A stretch of 64,000 nt of DNA from Phycisphaeraceae bacterium (GTDB lineage Bacteria; Planctomycetota; Phycisphaerae; Phycisphaerales; UBA1924). A program made the position numbers and the translations under genes. The notes below the pieces were generated by a model. That model made no database searches. It was not told the origin of the DNA and saw nothing but the letters and a program-made list of their open reading frames with translations. Positions 44,339-55,700 of the stretch are shown piece by piece. Positions within the stretch are counted from its first letter, which is position 1. Every line of letters starts with the position of its first letter. The DNA is taken from positions 13,090-77,089 of the forward strand of contig JAJTHN010000039.1 of the NCBI GenBank assembly GCA_021297895.1, written 5' to 3'.

Positions 44339-47206
44339 ATGGGTGTTGTTCGCGTCGAACTGAGCCGGAACACGCGCGCGGAAAAGGGCGGCGTCGGACG
44401 TGCGGCCCTGTGGGCTCTTGTGGCGTCAGCGGGTTTGGGCGGCATGATGAGCACGCCGGCGATGGCGCAGGACCGCCGCGTTTTCTTGCAGTGGTTTGAG
44501 AATAGCTGGACCCACATGGAGCGGCGTGCTCCGGACCTGTTCATGGCTGGCTACGGCGCACTGTGGCTGCCATCGCCGAGCAAGGCGAGCTTCAACTCTC
44601 CCGGCTACGACGTGTTCGATCGCTTCGACCTTGGTTCGCCCGGCAGCGAGACGACGTACGGCACCGAGGCGTACTGGCGCTCGATGGTCCAGGAGATGAA
44701 GGCCGCGAACGTTGAGCTGTATCCCGAGTCGATCATGAACCACAACGGTGGTCGGACCAACGACCCCGGGTTCCTCGCGGCGGGCGGCTGGCCGGGGTTC
44801 TATCAGCCCGGGACCGGAGCCGATCCGTGGGGCGACTTCAACGACGGCACGACCCAGTCGTACAAGCCGCAGGACGCGAACTACAACCTGTTCGATGGTG
44901 ACCTGGTGGGTCTGCAGGACATCGCGCAGGCCAAGAACTACCGGTTCATTCGTCATCCGGTCACGGCGACACCGCCGGCCGGACAGGTGAATCTACCCGC
45001 GGGCACGATCCGCAATCGTCCCGATCCGAACAATGCGAGGTTCTATCCGGACAATGCGTTGACACCGCTGACGTTCACCAACCCTTCGGATGGGCAGAAC
45101 TGGACGATCTATCCGTACAACCTGGCCAATCCGCTTGCGGGCGACGCGTACATGGAGAACGCGACGGGCCTGCTGTCGCGATGGACGCAGTGGATGCTCG
45201 AGGTGCAGGGGGTCGACGGGTTCCGTCTTGACGCCGCCAAGCACATCCCGCAGTGGTTCTGGAACAACTACTACGACCCGATGGTGTTCCAGCGTCGCAC
45301 GCTCCCCTGGGGCGCGAAGGGGAACGCCTACAGCTTCGGCGAGAGCGTCGAGAGCAACGCGTTCGTCCAGACATACATCCGCAACAAGGACGGCTTCGGC
45401 AATCGCGATGCGCTGGACCTCAACGAGGCCGGCGCACTGCGCGACATCCTCAACGCCCGCGGTTTCGGCTCGTGGACCAATGCGCTCAACGCCTCGATCG
45501 ATCAGCAGGACAACGGGTTCAACGATGGCTCGCAGGGCGTGCACCACCTCAACAGCCACGACAACGGCTCGGTGGGCAACGGCTCGAGCGCGCCGGGCAT
45601 CGTTCCCGCTGCGAACTACGGCCTGCCGCAGTTGACCTATGTGCTCTTCCGTTCGGGCTATCCGCTGGTGTACTACAACGCGCGCGAGATGCACGATCGG
45701 TTCAGCAACCGCGGCTTCTGGCCGCGCGAGGGCAACCCGACGGCTCTGGGGAACTTTGACAACAACCTGCGTCGCCTCACGCAGATGGCGAATTCGTACG
45801 TTCGTGCCGACAACGCGAACGTCTCCGGCCTGCCCCGGACCTACTTCTACGTTCTTAACGGCACGGACACGGTCAATCCGTCTCAGGCCGATGTTCTGGT
45901 CTTTGAGCGGACGAACTTCCTCGCGACCGATCCTGCCCGCAACCAGATCGGCGTGAATGCCGCGGCGAATGTGCTGGTGGGCGTGAACGATCGCTACGAC
46001 AACGGCTTCCAGCAGCGCTCGATCCAGACGAGCTTCCCACCGGGGACGCGGCTCTGGGAACTCACCGGCGCGGCGACGGACCCCGTGGTCAACGCGGGCG
46101 GCGCGATCCCGCAGGTCATGACCGTCGACAACAACCGCCGCGTGTTCATGACGATTCCGAACAATACGAACATCAACGGCGTGCAGCACCATCGCGGCCT
46201 TGTCGCCTACGGCCCGATCGCTCCCGCGGGCACCTTGTCGGTGCTGAACATTCAGCCCGGCGGCGCACGCACCGCGCCAACACAGATCGCGCCCGACCCC
46301 GAGAGCACGCCGACCTGGCGTCGGCGGCTGACGGCGGTCGACGTCATCACGACGCCGACGTTCGAGATCCGCCTTGACACCACCAAGGCCGACCCCAGCG
46401 ACCCGAACCACGACGACTTTGCCGTGTTCCGCATCGGAAAGGGATATGTCGATTACAACGGCAACGGCAACTATGACCAGCCGCTCAACGCGTGGGTGGA
46501 TGCGGGCGCCGAGCAGTTCCTGACGCAGCGCTCGCCGATCTCCGGCCCCGGTGGAACCGGCACGACGGGCGTGTACCGCCAGGTGATCAACACCAGCCAG
46601 TTCAGCGAGGGCTACCACTATCTGTCGGTGGTCTGCTATCGCCGACGGACCGACGGCGGCAGCGCGATTTTCAGCGACTTCCGCAAGGTGTTCTACGTCG
46701 ACCGCTCGCCGCCGAACGTCCAGTTGCTCGCCCAGCAGGCACCCTCTGGCGGAGGGCAGTTCGAGTTCCGAGTTCAGGCCAATGACCGCACGACCAACGC
46801 GGTTCACATCATTCCGAATCTGCCGATCTCGACCGACCCGCTGACGGTGGTGAGCTCGGCGAACCAGGCGTATCAGTATGATCGCCAGGAGTGGCGTCGC
46901 AACGTCGGGGCGCTTCCTGCGGGCAACAACTCGATCACGGTTGTCGCGTACGAGGCGTCGGGCAATGTCTCGGTGCAGCGGTACGAGAACATCCAGGTCG
47001 CCATCGGCTCGGGCGATGTGAACCTCGACGGTCTGCTCAACATCGACGACCTGTACGCGCACTGGCGTCTGGGCGTGCCGACCGGCACCTATCAGCCCGA
47101 GGCGGACGTGCTGGTCGATGGCGTGGTCAACAACGCCGACCGCATCACGCTCACCAGCACGCTGCGCCAGCAGGAGGCGCTGCGGATGGAGGGTTCGCAG
47201 CGGTAA
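44339..47206 (+). CDS. Secreted GH13 alpha-amylase-family enzyme with C-terminal type I dockerin
   Basis: GH13 regions I-IV (ESIMNHNG, GFRLDAAKHI, SFGESVE, HHLNSHDN). Signal peptide ...PAMAQD. Dockerin pair GDVNLDGLLNIDD / ADVLVDGVVNNAD at the C-terminus. Confidence 0.85.
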   Translation: MGVVRVELSRNTRAEKGGVGRAALWALVASAGLGGMMSTPAMAQDRRVFLQWFENSWTHMERRAPDLFMAGYGALWLPSPSKASFNSPGYDVFDRFDLGSPGSETTYGTEAYWRSMVQEMKAANVELYPESIMNHNGGRTNDPGFLAAGGWPGFYQPGTGADPWGDFNDGTTQSYKPQDANYNLFDGDLVGLQDIAQAKNYRFIRHPVTATPPAGQVNLPAGTIRNRPDPNNARFYPDNALTPLTFTNPSDGQNWTIYPYNLANPLAGDAYMENATGLLSRWTQWMLEVQGVDGFRLDAAKHIPQWFWNNYYDPMVFQRRTLPWGAKGNAYSFGESVESNAFVQTYIRNKDGFGNRDALDLNEAGALRDILNARGFGSWTNALNASIDQQDNGFNDGSQGVHHLNSHDNGSVGNGSSAPGIVPAANYGLPQLTYVLFRSGYPLVYYNAREMHDRFSNRGFWPREGNPTALGNFDNNLRRLTQMANSYVRADNANVSGLPRTYFYVLNGTDTVNPSQADVLVFERTNFLATDPARNQIGVNAAANVLVGVNDRYDNGFQQRSIQTSFPPGTRLWELTGAATDPVVNAGGAIPQVMTVDNNRRVFMTIPNNTNINGVQHHRGLVAYGPIAPAGTLSVLNIQPGGARTAPTQIAPDPESTPTWRRRLTAVDVITTPTFEIRLDTTKADPSDPNHDDFAVFRIGKGYVDYNGNGNYDQPLNAWVDAGAEQFLTQRSPISGPGGTGTTGVYRQVINTSQFSEGYHYLSVVCYRRRTDGGSAIFSDFRKVFYVDRSPPNVQLLAQQAPSGGGQFEFRVQANDRTTNAVHIIPNLPISTDPLTVVSSANQAYQYDRQEWRRNVGALPAGNNSITVVAYEASGNVSVQRYENIQVAIGSGDVNLDGLLNIDDLYAHWRLGVPTGTYQPEADVLVDGVVNNADRITLTSTLRQQEALRMEGSQR

Positions 47207-47219
47207 ACCGGAGCGAGGA

Positions 47220-47247
47220 CCGTTCGCGGCGAGGGTGCCGCGAGCGG
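47220..47247. terminator. Hairpin between convergent GH13 and lipoprotein genes (possible bidirectional terminator)
   Basis: CCGTTCGCGGC gagggt GCCGCGAGCGG: an 11-bp stem with one G-U pair, lying exactly between the two stop codons. Confidence 0.45.
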
Positions 47248-47248
47248 A

Positions 47249-48364
47249 TCAGCGCAGCGGCGATTTGCCGGAGACGATGTTCTGGCGTGCGCCCGAGCCG
47301 ACGATCTTGCTGACGAATGCCGTGTACTCGCGCTGGGCCTTGTTCAGGTCCGGCTCGAAGTACGCGCGGAAGACCGCGGGGCCGGTCTGGCCGGCCAGAA
47401 GTGCCGGACGCGTGTCGGGCCGTCGGGCGACTCCGGCGACGACGACCTGGCCCAACTTGCCCTCGGCGGCGTCGGTAAGCATTCGAGCGAACGCGCCGCG
47501 GTACTTGCCACCCTCTCCCTCGCGAAGAAAGTGCACCAGCGACCAGACCTGCGCGTACCACGTGATGGCGCGGGTATCGGCGCTGACGAGCAGACCGTCG
47601 GTCGTGTAGGTGAGCAGTTCTTCGAGCGTGAGCAGCTCGCCCGCGGCGTGAGCATCGCGGAGGCGGTCGAAGCGCTCGACGTTGAACCACGGCTGGAATC
47701 GCACCTCGCGGCCGGTCCAGCGGTGGCCCTCCATGAACGTTGCGATGCCTTCTTCGGCCCAGATGGGCAAACGCTCGCGGAAGGTGCTCTGCGTGTACTG
47801 ATGCCAGCCTTCGTGGGCGGCGATGAGCAGCGTGTCGCCAGAGCCGATGTCGAAAAGAAACGCCTGGCCGCGGGCCGCGAATCCGCCGCGAGGAATCTGG
47901 ATCAGCCGCTGCCCCTGCTCGCCGAAGGTCAGCAGCGTCAGGCGGACCCACTGCGCGCGGGTGTCCATAACGTACGTGTTCATGCGTCCCGCGGGCTCGG
48001 GCAGCGCGGTGATCGCGGAGGTGTAGTGGGCGATGGCCGACTCAACGAACGTGGGCAGACGAGAGACGATCGCGTCGCCCTGCTCGGTGGTGAAGATGTT
48101 GAAGTGGGTGGTGGTGAACTGGCGTCCGGAAGCGGACTCGAAGGTCCACGGCGTCGATGCGACGGCGGCCGCCGTGGTGTCGCGGGGCGCTCCCTCGGAC
48201 GATGCCGCGGCGCCCGAGGCTTTGGCTCGGCCGGAACGCGGATCGTCCGGGCGGATGGTCGTGTCGCCCGGACGCGATGCGGCGGGCGTCGCGCCCGATG
48301 GACCGCACGACGGCAGCGCAATGGTCAGCGCGAGCAGGCCCGCGGCGAGGACGCGATGGGTCAC
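47249..48364 (-). CDS. Lipoprotein with HExxH zinc-metallopeptidase motif (DUF1570-like)
   Basis: Lipobox ALPS|C. LLIAAHEGWHQYTQ contains HEGWH. It overlaps the valS stop by 4 nt. Confidence 0.6.
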   Translation of the reverse strand: MTHRVLAAGLLALTIALPSCGPSGATPAASRPGDTTIRPDDPRSGRAKASGAAASSEGAPRDTTAAAVASTPWTFESASGRQFTTTHFNIFTTEQGDAIVSRLPTFVESAIAHYTSAITALPEPAGRMNTYVMDTRAQWVRLTLLTFGEQGQRLIQIPRGGFAARGQAFLFDIGSGDTLLIAAHEGWHQYTQSTFRERLPIWAEEGIATFMEGHRWTGREVRFQPWFNVERFDRLRDAHAAGELLTLEELLTYTTDGLLVSADTRAITWYAQVWSLVHFLREGEGGKYRGAFARMLTDAAEGKLGQVVVAGVARRPDTRPALLAGQTGPAVFRAYFEPDLNKAQREYTAFVSKIVGSGARQNIVSGKSPLR

Positions 48365-51300
48365 GAGAGTCTCCCCAGTGCCGCGCGGAGGGTTTCGAGT
48401 TCCGCCTGGCTCTGGGCGAGCTGGGCCTTGGATTCCTCGACGAGCTTGGGCGGGGCCTTGGCCATATAGCCCGGGTTGTTCATGCGGCCGGTGATCGTCG
48501 CGACCTTCCTTTCCTCCTCGGCGATTCGGCGCGTGAGACGATCGCGCTCCGCCGCGGGGTCGAGCGCATCGGCGAGCGAGCTGAGTTTGAGTTCCAGCCC
48601 CTCAACAACAACGCTCGGCGCGTCCTTGCCCGCGGGCGCGGAGCTGATCTCGGCGAGACCCGCGAGCGTGGCCAGCACGCCTTCGGCACCGCGGATCATC
48701 GCGGCAAGGTCCGCCGGGGCGGCACCCGCGTGCAGGATGATCTTCCGCTTGGGCGCGACGTTCTGCAACGCACGGACCTGGTTGATGGCCGCGGCGATGG
48801 CTCGTGTGCGGTCGATCGTGCGCTCGGCGTGCTCATCGAGAATCGATGGCGAGAACACGGGCCAGGGCGCAAGTGCCAGGAGTGTTGTCTGCGGCAGGGA
48901 GACGCCGCGGATGCGGGACATGGGGAGCGGGCGGATGTGCTCCCAGGTGGCCTCGGTGACATAGGGCATCACCGGGTGCATGATGCGAAGGATCGCGTCG
49001 ATTCCGCAGCGCAGCGCGGCACGCTGTCCGGCGTCGCTCTCGATCGTCGGCTTGATGGCCTCGAGGTAAACGTCGCAGAAGTCGCGCCAGAGCAGGTCAT
49101 AGATCGCCTCGGCGTACTCGCTGAACTCGTACCCGCGGATGGCCCGCGTCGCGCGGTCCACGCCGCGGGACACGCGTGTGAGCATCCAGCGGTCGAGCGT
49201 GCTGAGCGTCGCGGAATCGACCTCGCCCTCGGGCAACTGCGCGCCGCGGAGTTTCGGAATGACCAGTCCCTGGCACGCGTTGAAGAGCTTGTTCGCAAAG
49301 TTGCGACCGAGGTCGAACCGCGGCGACGTGTTGCGCTCGGAGTGCGGATCCTTGACCACGGGCATCTTGACGTCCTGCGTCTGCGTGGTCATCTGGCAGA
49401 GCGTGAATCGCATGGCATCGGAGCCGTGGCTGGCGATGATGTCCAACGGGTCCACGCCGTTGCCGGCGGACTTGCTCATGCGATGGCCGTTGCCATCCTG
49501 CACGACCGCGTGGATGAACACATCGCGGAATGGGGCCGGCCCGGGTCCGGCCGGGGTGGCCAGCAGCAGTCGGTTCATCATCACCATGCGCGAGACCCAC
49601 AGCGTGATGATCTCACGAGCCGTCGAAAGCACGCTTGTGGGGTTGAAGGCCGACAGAAGGCCTTTGGTGTCGGCGAAGGCATCGGGGTCGGGCCATCCGA
49701 GCGTCGACAGCGGCCAGAGCGCCGAGGAGAACCACGTGTCAAGGACATCTTCGTCCTGACTGAAGCCCGCGGCGTTCAACGCGCCGATCGCCTCGGCGTG
49801 ATCCGCGCGCAGACACACGAACAAGCGCAGCCCCTGCGCCGGTACAGCCGAGAGCGACGCGGCCGCGGTGACGGCCTTCTGCGATGCGAAGTCGCGCACG
49901 CACAGAACACCTTCGGCCGCCCACGCGTCGAGCCGCGCGGCCAGCTGGGCCAGCCCGGGGGCTTCGGCCGCGCTGATTGCACGCGACCAAACAGGGATTC
50001 GGTGGCCCCACCAGAGTTGCCGGCTCACGCACCAGTCTCTGATGTTGTCGTGCCACGATTCGTACATCTTGGCGTACCGCGCGGGCGTGAAGGCCATCTG
50101 GCCTGATCGAACAGCCTCGTTGGCGCTCTCGGCCATCCGCGGGTCGGTCACCTTGCAGAACCACTGATCGCTCAGGTACGGCTCGATGACGGCCTTGGAC
50201 CGGTCCGAGTGCTTGAGGCTGTGCGAGTAGGGACGCTTCGATTCCAGCAAACCGATCGACTCGAACTTCTTCAGCACCGCTTCGCGTGCCGCGGCGAACT
50301 TCATGCCGACAAACTCGCGGGCCTCGTTCACGTCGCTCCACCCGAACTGGTCGCTCACGCGGCCATCGGGCGACATGACGTTGATGATCGGCAGCTTGTG
50401 ACGCACGCCGATCTCGTAGTCGTTGGGATCGTGCGCGGGCGTGACCTTCAGGAAACCGGTCGCGAACTCGGCCTTGGGGTCGTTGCGCTCTTCATCCGTG
50501 CGGGCCATCGCCTTTGGGAGCACGACAAACGGATCGACGATGATCGGGATCTCGCGGCCGACCAGCGGCAGGCGGACGCGCTTGCCCGCAAGGGCCGCGG
50601 CACGCGGGTCGTGCGGGCTCATCGCCACCGCGGTATCGCCGAGGTACGTCTCGGGACGCGTCGTCGCGACGGTCACGTGCGTGAGCACGCTGCCATCGGC
50701 CATAGTCGCGGGTGCGGTCAGCGGGTATCGCAGGTAGTAGAAGAACGCGTTGTGCTCCTCGTCGTAGCACTCATCGTCCGCGACGGCGGTCTGCAGCGCG
50801 GGATCCCAATTGACCAGGCGCTTGCCGCGATAGATCAGGCCCTGCTCGAAGAGCCGGTAGAAGGCCTCGCGAACCGCGCGGGCGCAGATCTCGTCCATGG
50901 TGAATCGCTGGCGCGACCAGTCGCACGAGCAGCCCATGGCGCGGAGCTGCTCGGAGATTCGGGCCTCGTACTCGTCCTTCCACTGCTGCACGAGCCCGAC
51001 GAACTCCTCGCGTGAGTAGTCGGTCCGGCGCTTGTTCTGCTCCTTGAGCAGGCGGCGCTCGACCACGGCCTGCGTGGCGATGCCCGCATGATCCGTGCCG
51101 GGCATCCACAGGCACTCATAGCCGAGCATGCGGTGCGTGCGCGTCAGGATGTCCTGCAGCGTGTTGTTCAGGGCGTGACCGAGGTGCAGCGCGCCGGTAA
51201 CGTTCGGCGGCGGGATGAGCACGCAGAACGGCGGACGCTTGGCACCCGGCGCGTGCGTCGGAGATGCGCCGGGATCGACGCGCGACGGGTCGGCCCGCCA

Positions 51301-51408
51301 GGCGTTCGCCGCATCCCACGCGGCGCGGATCCGCGGCTCGTGCGATGCGGGGACATAGCCCTTCTCGGCTGGTTTGCTGGACTGGTCGGTGGGGGTGATG
51401 CTGGACAT
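48361..51408 (-). CDS. valS: Valine--tRNA ligase
   Basis: HIGH-type motif PPPNVTGALHLGHAL, KMSKS-type motif RMSKSAGN and a C-terminal coiled coil. The ATG at 51408 gives MSSITPTDQ. Confidence 0.95.
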   Translation of the reverse strand: MSSITPTDQSSKPAEKGYVPASHEPRIRAAWDAANAWRADPSRVDPGASPTHAPGAKRPPFCVLIPPPNVTGALHLGHALNNTLQDILTRTHRMLGYECLWMPGTDHAGIATQAVVERRLLKEQNKRRTDYSREEFVGLVQQWKDEYEARISEQLRAMGCSCDWSRQRFTMDEICARAVREAFYRLFEQGLIYRGKRLVNWDPALQTAVADDECYDEEHNAFFYYLRYPLTAPATMADGSVLTHVTVATTRPETYLGDTAVAMSPHDPRAAALAGKRVRLPLVGREIPIIVDPFVVLPKAMARTDEERNDPKAEFATGFLKVTPAHDPNDYEIGVRHKLPIINVMSPDGRVSDQFGWSDVNEAREFVGMKFAAAREAVLKKFESIGLLESKRPYSHSLKHSDRSKAVIEPYLSDQWFCKVTDPRMAESANEAVRSGQMAFTPARYAKMYESWHDNIRDWCVSRQLWWGHRIPVWSRAISAAEAPGLAQLAARLDAWAAEGVLCVRDFASQKAVTAAASLSAVPAQGLRLFVCLRADHAEAIGALNAAGFSQDEDVLDTWFSSALWPLSTLGWPDPDAFADTKGLLSAFNPTSVLSTAREIITLWVSRMVMMNRLLLATPAGPGPAPFRDVFIHAVVQDGNGHRMSKSAGNGVDPLDIIASHGSDAMRFTLCQMTTQTQDVKMPVVKDPHSERNTSPRFDLGRNFANKLFNACQGLVIPKLRGAQLPEGEVDSATLSTLDRWMLTRVSRGVDRATRAIRGYEFSEYAEAIYDLLWRDFCDVYLEAIKPTIESDAGQRAALRCGIDAILRIMHPVMPYVTEATWEHIRPLPMSRIRGVSLPQTTLLALAPWPVFSPSILDEHAERTIDRTRAIAAAINQVRALQNVAPKRKIILHAGAAPADLAAMIRGAEGVLATLAGLAEISSAPAGKDAPSVVVEGLELKLSSLADALDPAAERDRLTRRIAEEERKVATITGRMNNPGYMAKAPPKLVEESKAQLAQSQAELETLRAALGRLS

Positions 51409-51476
51409 GGCGGGAGGATGGTACACGTCACTACGATGTTTCTCGCATGGAAGCGCCGACAAACACCAACCAGCCA

Positions 51477-52574
51477 ATGAGCACGGTTCCCGCCACCAGT
51501 TCCGCCGCGCCGGCCAGCGCGGGACGACGGGTCGGTGTCATCGCACTGGTGGTCGTGATGCTCGTGCTCCTCGCGGGGATCATCGCCGGCCTTGTGTTCG
51601 CGTTCCGCACACCATCGCTGCCGCCGGGAGCGGACCCGCGCGTGATGGATCGGCCGATCGAGACCATTCAGGCCGCCCTGAGCGCCAGCGACGAGTACAC
51701 GAGCAAGAGTCAGTTCGTCAATGCGGGTCTGATTCTCGACCGCGCGGCGCAGAAGTTTCCTGACGATCAGGAGATCCGGCTCCGGCTCGCGCGTGTGCTC
51801 ATTTTTCAGGAGCGGTTCGCCGATGCCTTGGAGCAGTTCGAGCAGGCCATCCGCATCGGCCCCGCGCTCGCGATGATCCACAGCGATGCGGGCACCGTCG
51901 CCAGCCGAGCGCGGCTTGATGACCGGGCGCTCTTTCACTTTTCCAAGGCCATGTCGATCGACCCGAAGGAGGCCCGGTACCCGCTCTACCTGGCGATGAT
52001 CCATCTGCGCAAGGGCGATGACGCCAAGGCGATGGCCACGCTGCTCGGTGTGGTTCGATTGGACCCGGGGATCGCGGAGGCATGGGGCACGATGGCCCAG
52101 TTGATGCTCAAGGAGAACAACCTGACGATCGCCGAGCAGCACGCCAAGAGGGCTCGGGAGCTTCAGCCCGCCTCACCACGCTGGCGGCATGTTCTGGCGC
52201 AGATCGTCAAGCGCGACAACCGCCCGCACGAAGCGATCGAGCTCCTCCAGGGGCTCACGCCGCAGGAGCAGGTCTCGGAGCCGGGTCTTCTGTCAACGCT
52301 CGCCGAGAGCTACGGCATGGTCGGCAACCCCACCGCCGCGGCGGTGCTTTACGGCAACGCGATCGGGTGGCGCAGCGGAGATCCGGAATTGCACTATCAG
52401 GCGGCGGTATGGGCCCGGCGATCCGGCGACCTCCGCGGCGCTCGGCTGCGTGTGAACATGGCCGGGTCTATGGGCCACCCGAAGGCCGCGGAACTCCTCG
52501 CGGAGATCGATGCGGACATCGAGAGAGAGCGTGCGGCGGCGATCGAGGCCGCCAAGAAGGCCGGGGCTCCCTGA
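51477..52574 (+). CDS. Membrane-anchored TPR-repeat protein
   Basis: TM helix VGVIALVVVMLVLLAGIIAGLVFAF followed by about 7 TPR-like repeats. An alternative ATG lies at 51447. Confidence 0.7.
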   Translation: MSTVPATSSAAPASAGRRVGVIALVVVMLVLLAGIIAGLVFAFRTPSLPPGADPRVMDRPIETIQAALSASDEYTSKSQFVNAGLILDRAAQKFPDDQEIRLRLARVLIFQERFADALEQFEQAIRIGPALAMIHSDAGTVASRARLDDRALFHFSKAMSIDPKEARYPLYLAMIHLRKGDDAKAMATLLGVVRLDPGIAEAWGTMAQLMLKENNLTIAEQHAKRARELQPASPRWRHVLAQIVKRDNRPHEAIELLQGLTPQEQVSEPGLLSTLAESYGMVGNPTAAAVLYGNAIGWRSGDPELHYQAAVWARRSGDLRGARLRVNMAGSMGHPKAAELLAEIDADIERERAAAIEAAKKAGAP

Positions 52575-52726
52575 GCAGCGGGTGTGATCGCGTGAGCGTC
52601 CGAGAATGACCTTGCGCCCACGCGCAGGAAATCAGGGGAAAAACCATGCAGTCCCGTGCGGCTGGCGGGCGGTGTGTGGTGTAAACTCTCGGCGAAGCCC
52701 GTGAAGCCCAACGAGAGGATCATGAC

Positions 52727-55700
52727 ATGATGAACGGTGTTTGTTCTGTGCGAGCGACGCGCTCGTTTGTTGTCGGTGCGTGCGCGCTTGTGTTGCTGAG
52801 CGGCTCGAGCGTCTCCGCGCAGGTGGTGGGCGAATCCCTCGGCGCGGGCATCGCGCGTTTTCATCGGTCCGCATTGGATCGGACCAATGCTCTCCCCAGT
52901 TACGCGCTGGTGAACCCGACGCTTCCGGCCAGCGGGCCGCTGCCGTCGGGGTGGGCTCTGGTCCCGAGCTTCGCGGGTTCGGGACGCAGCACCGCGACGC
53001 TGGCGATCCCGGCGGGCACGTCGCTCTACGGCACCGGCATGGTCGCCGGGCCGCTGCTTCGCAACGGGCGGAGCGTGACAGCGTGGAACGATGACTCCTA
53101 CGCGTACAGTGCCAATGACAACCAGCTCTACCAGAGCCATCCGTGGGTGCTCGCGGTGCGGCCGGACGGTACGGCGTTCGGCGTGATCGCCGACACAACG
53201 TTCCGGTGCGACATCGACCTGAGCCAGCCGCAGAGCACGGGCATCCGCTTTGCCGCCGACGGTCCGAGTTTCGCGCTGATCGTGATCGACCGCGAATCGC
53301 CGAAAGCGGTCCTTCGTGCGCTGGGCGAACTGACGGGAACGACACCGATGCCGCCGGAGTGGGCGCTCGGCTATCACCAGTGCCGCTTCTCGTACTGGAG
53401 CGATAGCTACGCGCGGGCCCTTGCCAACGACTTCCGCAGCAAGGACATTCCGTGCGACGCGATCTGGTTCGACATCGACTACATGAACGGCTACCGGGTG
53501 TTCACGTTCAATCAGTCGAACTTCCCGAACGTCACGCAACTGAATTCGGACCTTGAAAACCATGGATTCCGCACCGTCTGGATGATCAACCCGGGTGTGA
53601 AGCAGGAGTCCGGCTACTTCGTTCATGACCAGGGCAACGCCGGCGATCACTGGGTCAAGCGGTCCAACAACACAAACTTCGTCGGCACGGTCTGGCCGGG
53701 CAACTGCCTATTCCCCGACTTCACTCGCCAGAGCACGCGCAACTGGTTCGCGGGTCTGTACAGCGCGCCGCTCGGTCAGCTCGGCGGCCAGTCGTACATG
53801 GGCAGCGGCATCGATGGCGTCTGGAACGACATGAACGAGCCGGCCTTGCTGAACACCACGCCCAACACGATGCCGGAGAGCAACATCCACCGTCCCGATG
53901 CGCCCTTCGATCGCCCCGGGCTGAACACGCACGCCCGCTTCCACAACATTTACGGCATGGAAATGGTCCGCGCCACACGTCAGGGCGTACAGGCCGCCAA
54001 TCCGAACAAGCGACCGTTCGTGCTCACGCGCGCCAATCACCTCGGCGGCCACCGTTACGCCGCGACGTGGACGGGTGACAACGTCGCGTCGTGGGAACAT
54101 CTTGAGATGTCCATCAGCATGGTGCTGAATCTGGGAATCTCGGCTCAGGCCTTCAGCGGTCCAGATATCGGCGGCTTTGTCGGCCTCGGCGACGGCGAGC
54201 TTTACGGGCGGTGGATGGGTATTGGCGCGATGATGCCCTTTGCACGAGGGCACTACGAGGGCGGCTCGAACCTCAAGGAGCCGTGGTCCTTCGGCCCCGA
54301 CACCGAGCGCACCTGCCGCCAGGCGATCGAGCGGCGGTACCGCCTCATGCCCTACATCTACACGACCTTCCGCGAGGCGCACCTGACGGGCGTGCCCATG
54401 ATGCAGCCGCTCTTCTTCGCCGATCCCGCGGACACGCGGCTTCACGGCGAGGACGACGCGTTCCTGGTCGGCCCGGACCTGATGGTCTCGACGCAGCCCG
54501 TCTTCGAGCGTACGCGGCAGCCGATGCGCCCGCGCATGTACCCCGGCGCGCCCGCCGGCCTGGACAACTGGATGCGTGTGGGGTTCACGGGCTTCGCGGG
54601 TGATGACAACGCGAACCTCGACCTGCCCGAGTTGTACCTCCGCCCGGGCGCGATCGTGCCGTCGGGGCCGGTTGAGGAGTTCACGGCACAACTGCCGCTG
54701 AACCCGCTCACGCTGCTGATCAACCTCGATCAGAACGGCGGCGCAACGGGCAAGCTCTACGAAGACGCCGGCGACGGCTACGGCTACATGACCGGCGACT
54801 ATCTGCTGACGACCTACACGGCGCAGCGTTCGGGCGACAGCGTCACGGTTCAGATCGCCGCGACCGAGGGCTCGCGAGCCCGCCTGAGCCGGCCGATGAA
54901 CGTGCGGCTGTTCCTGCACGACGGCCGCGAGATCACCGCCAGCGGTACCGATGGCCAGCCGCTGACGATCACGATTCCGCAGGCGACCGGGCCGCGGATT
55001 GATGGGCTGAACATCCCGGAGGACGTGGGCACGCGCGGCGCTCTGGCGACGCAGGCCAACGGCACGGGTTTCGGCAACAACTTCAACGAACTCAACCAGT
55101 TGTTTGTCCGCTCCACGTCGACCGATCTGCTCGTGGGTCTGACCGGGAACATCGCCGCCGACGGCAACGCGATCGTCGTGCTCGTTGACAGCGCGGCCGG
55201 CGGACAGAATGTGCTCAATACGGCGAACATTCCCGCGCCGCCCGCGGGCCTCGGCGCGATCAGCGGCACGCGGTTCGACAGCGGCTTTACTCCGGAGCGC
55301 ATGTTCTTCGTCAACGCTTTCGCGAACAACCTGTTCGTTGATGAGGTGCTTCTGCCCACGGGCGGACAGGCCACGAAGCTGTATCGCGGGCAGCAGCGGG
55401 TCAACAGCGGCTCGGGCACGCTCTTCGGCGGCGCATCGCCGAGCGGCACGCGGATCGCGATGATGAACATCAACCGCGACGGCGTGACAGACTCATCGGC
55501 CGCCAACGCGGCCACGGCACGGGCCGGATTTGAGATGTCGATCCCGCTGTCTGAATTGGGCATCGGCGCGACGTGCGGGAGCGTTCGGGTTCAGGCGTTC
55601 ATCGTCTCGTCGGGCGGCTTCTTCTCGAATCAGAACCTGCCGACGCTCCCCGCGGGTTCGTCCAACCTTGGCGGCTCGCCCAACTTCCAGTCCATCGGCG

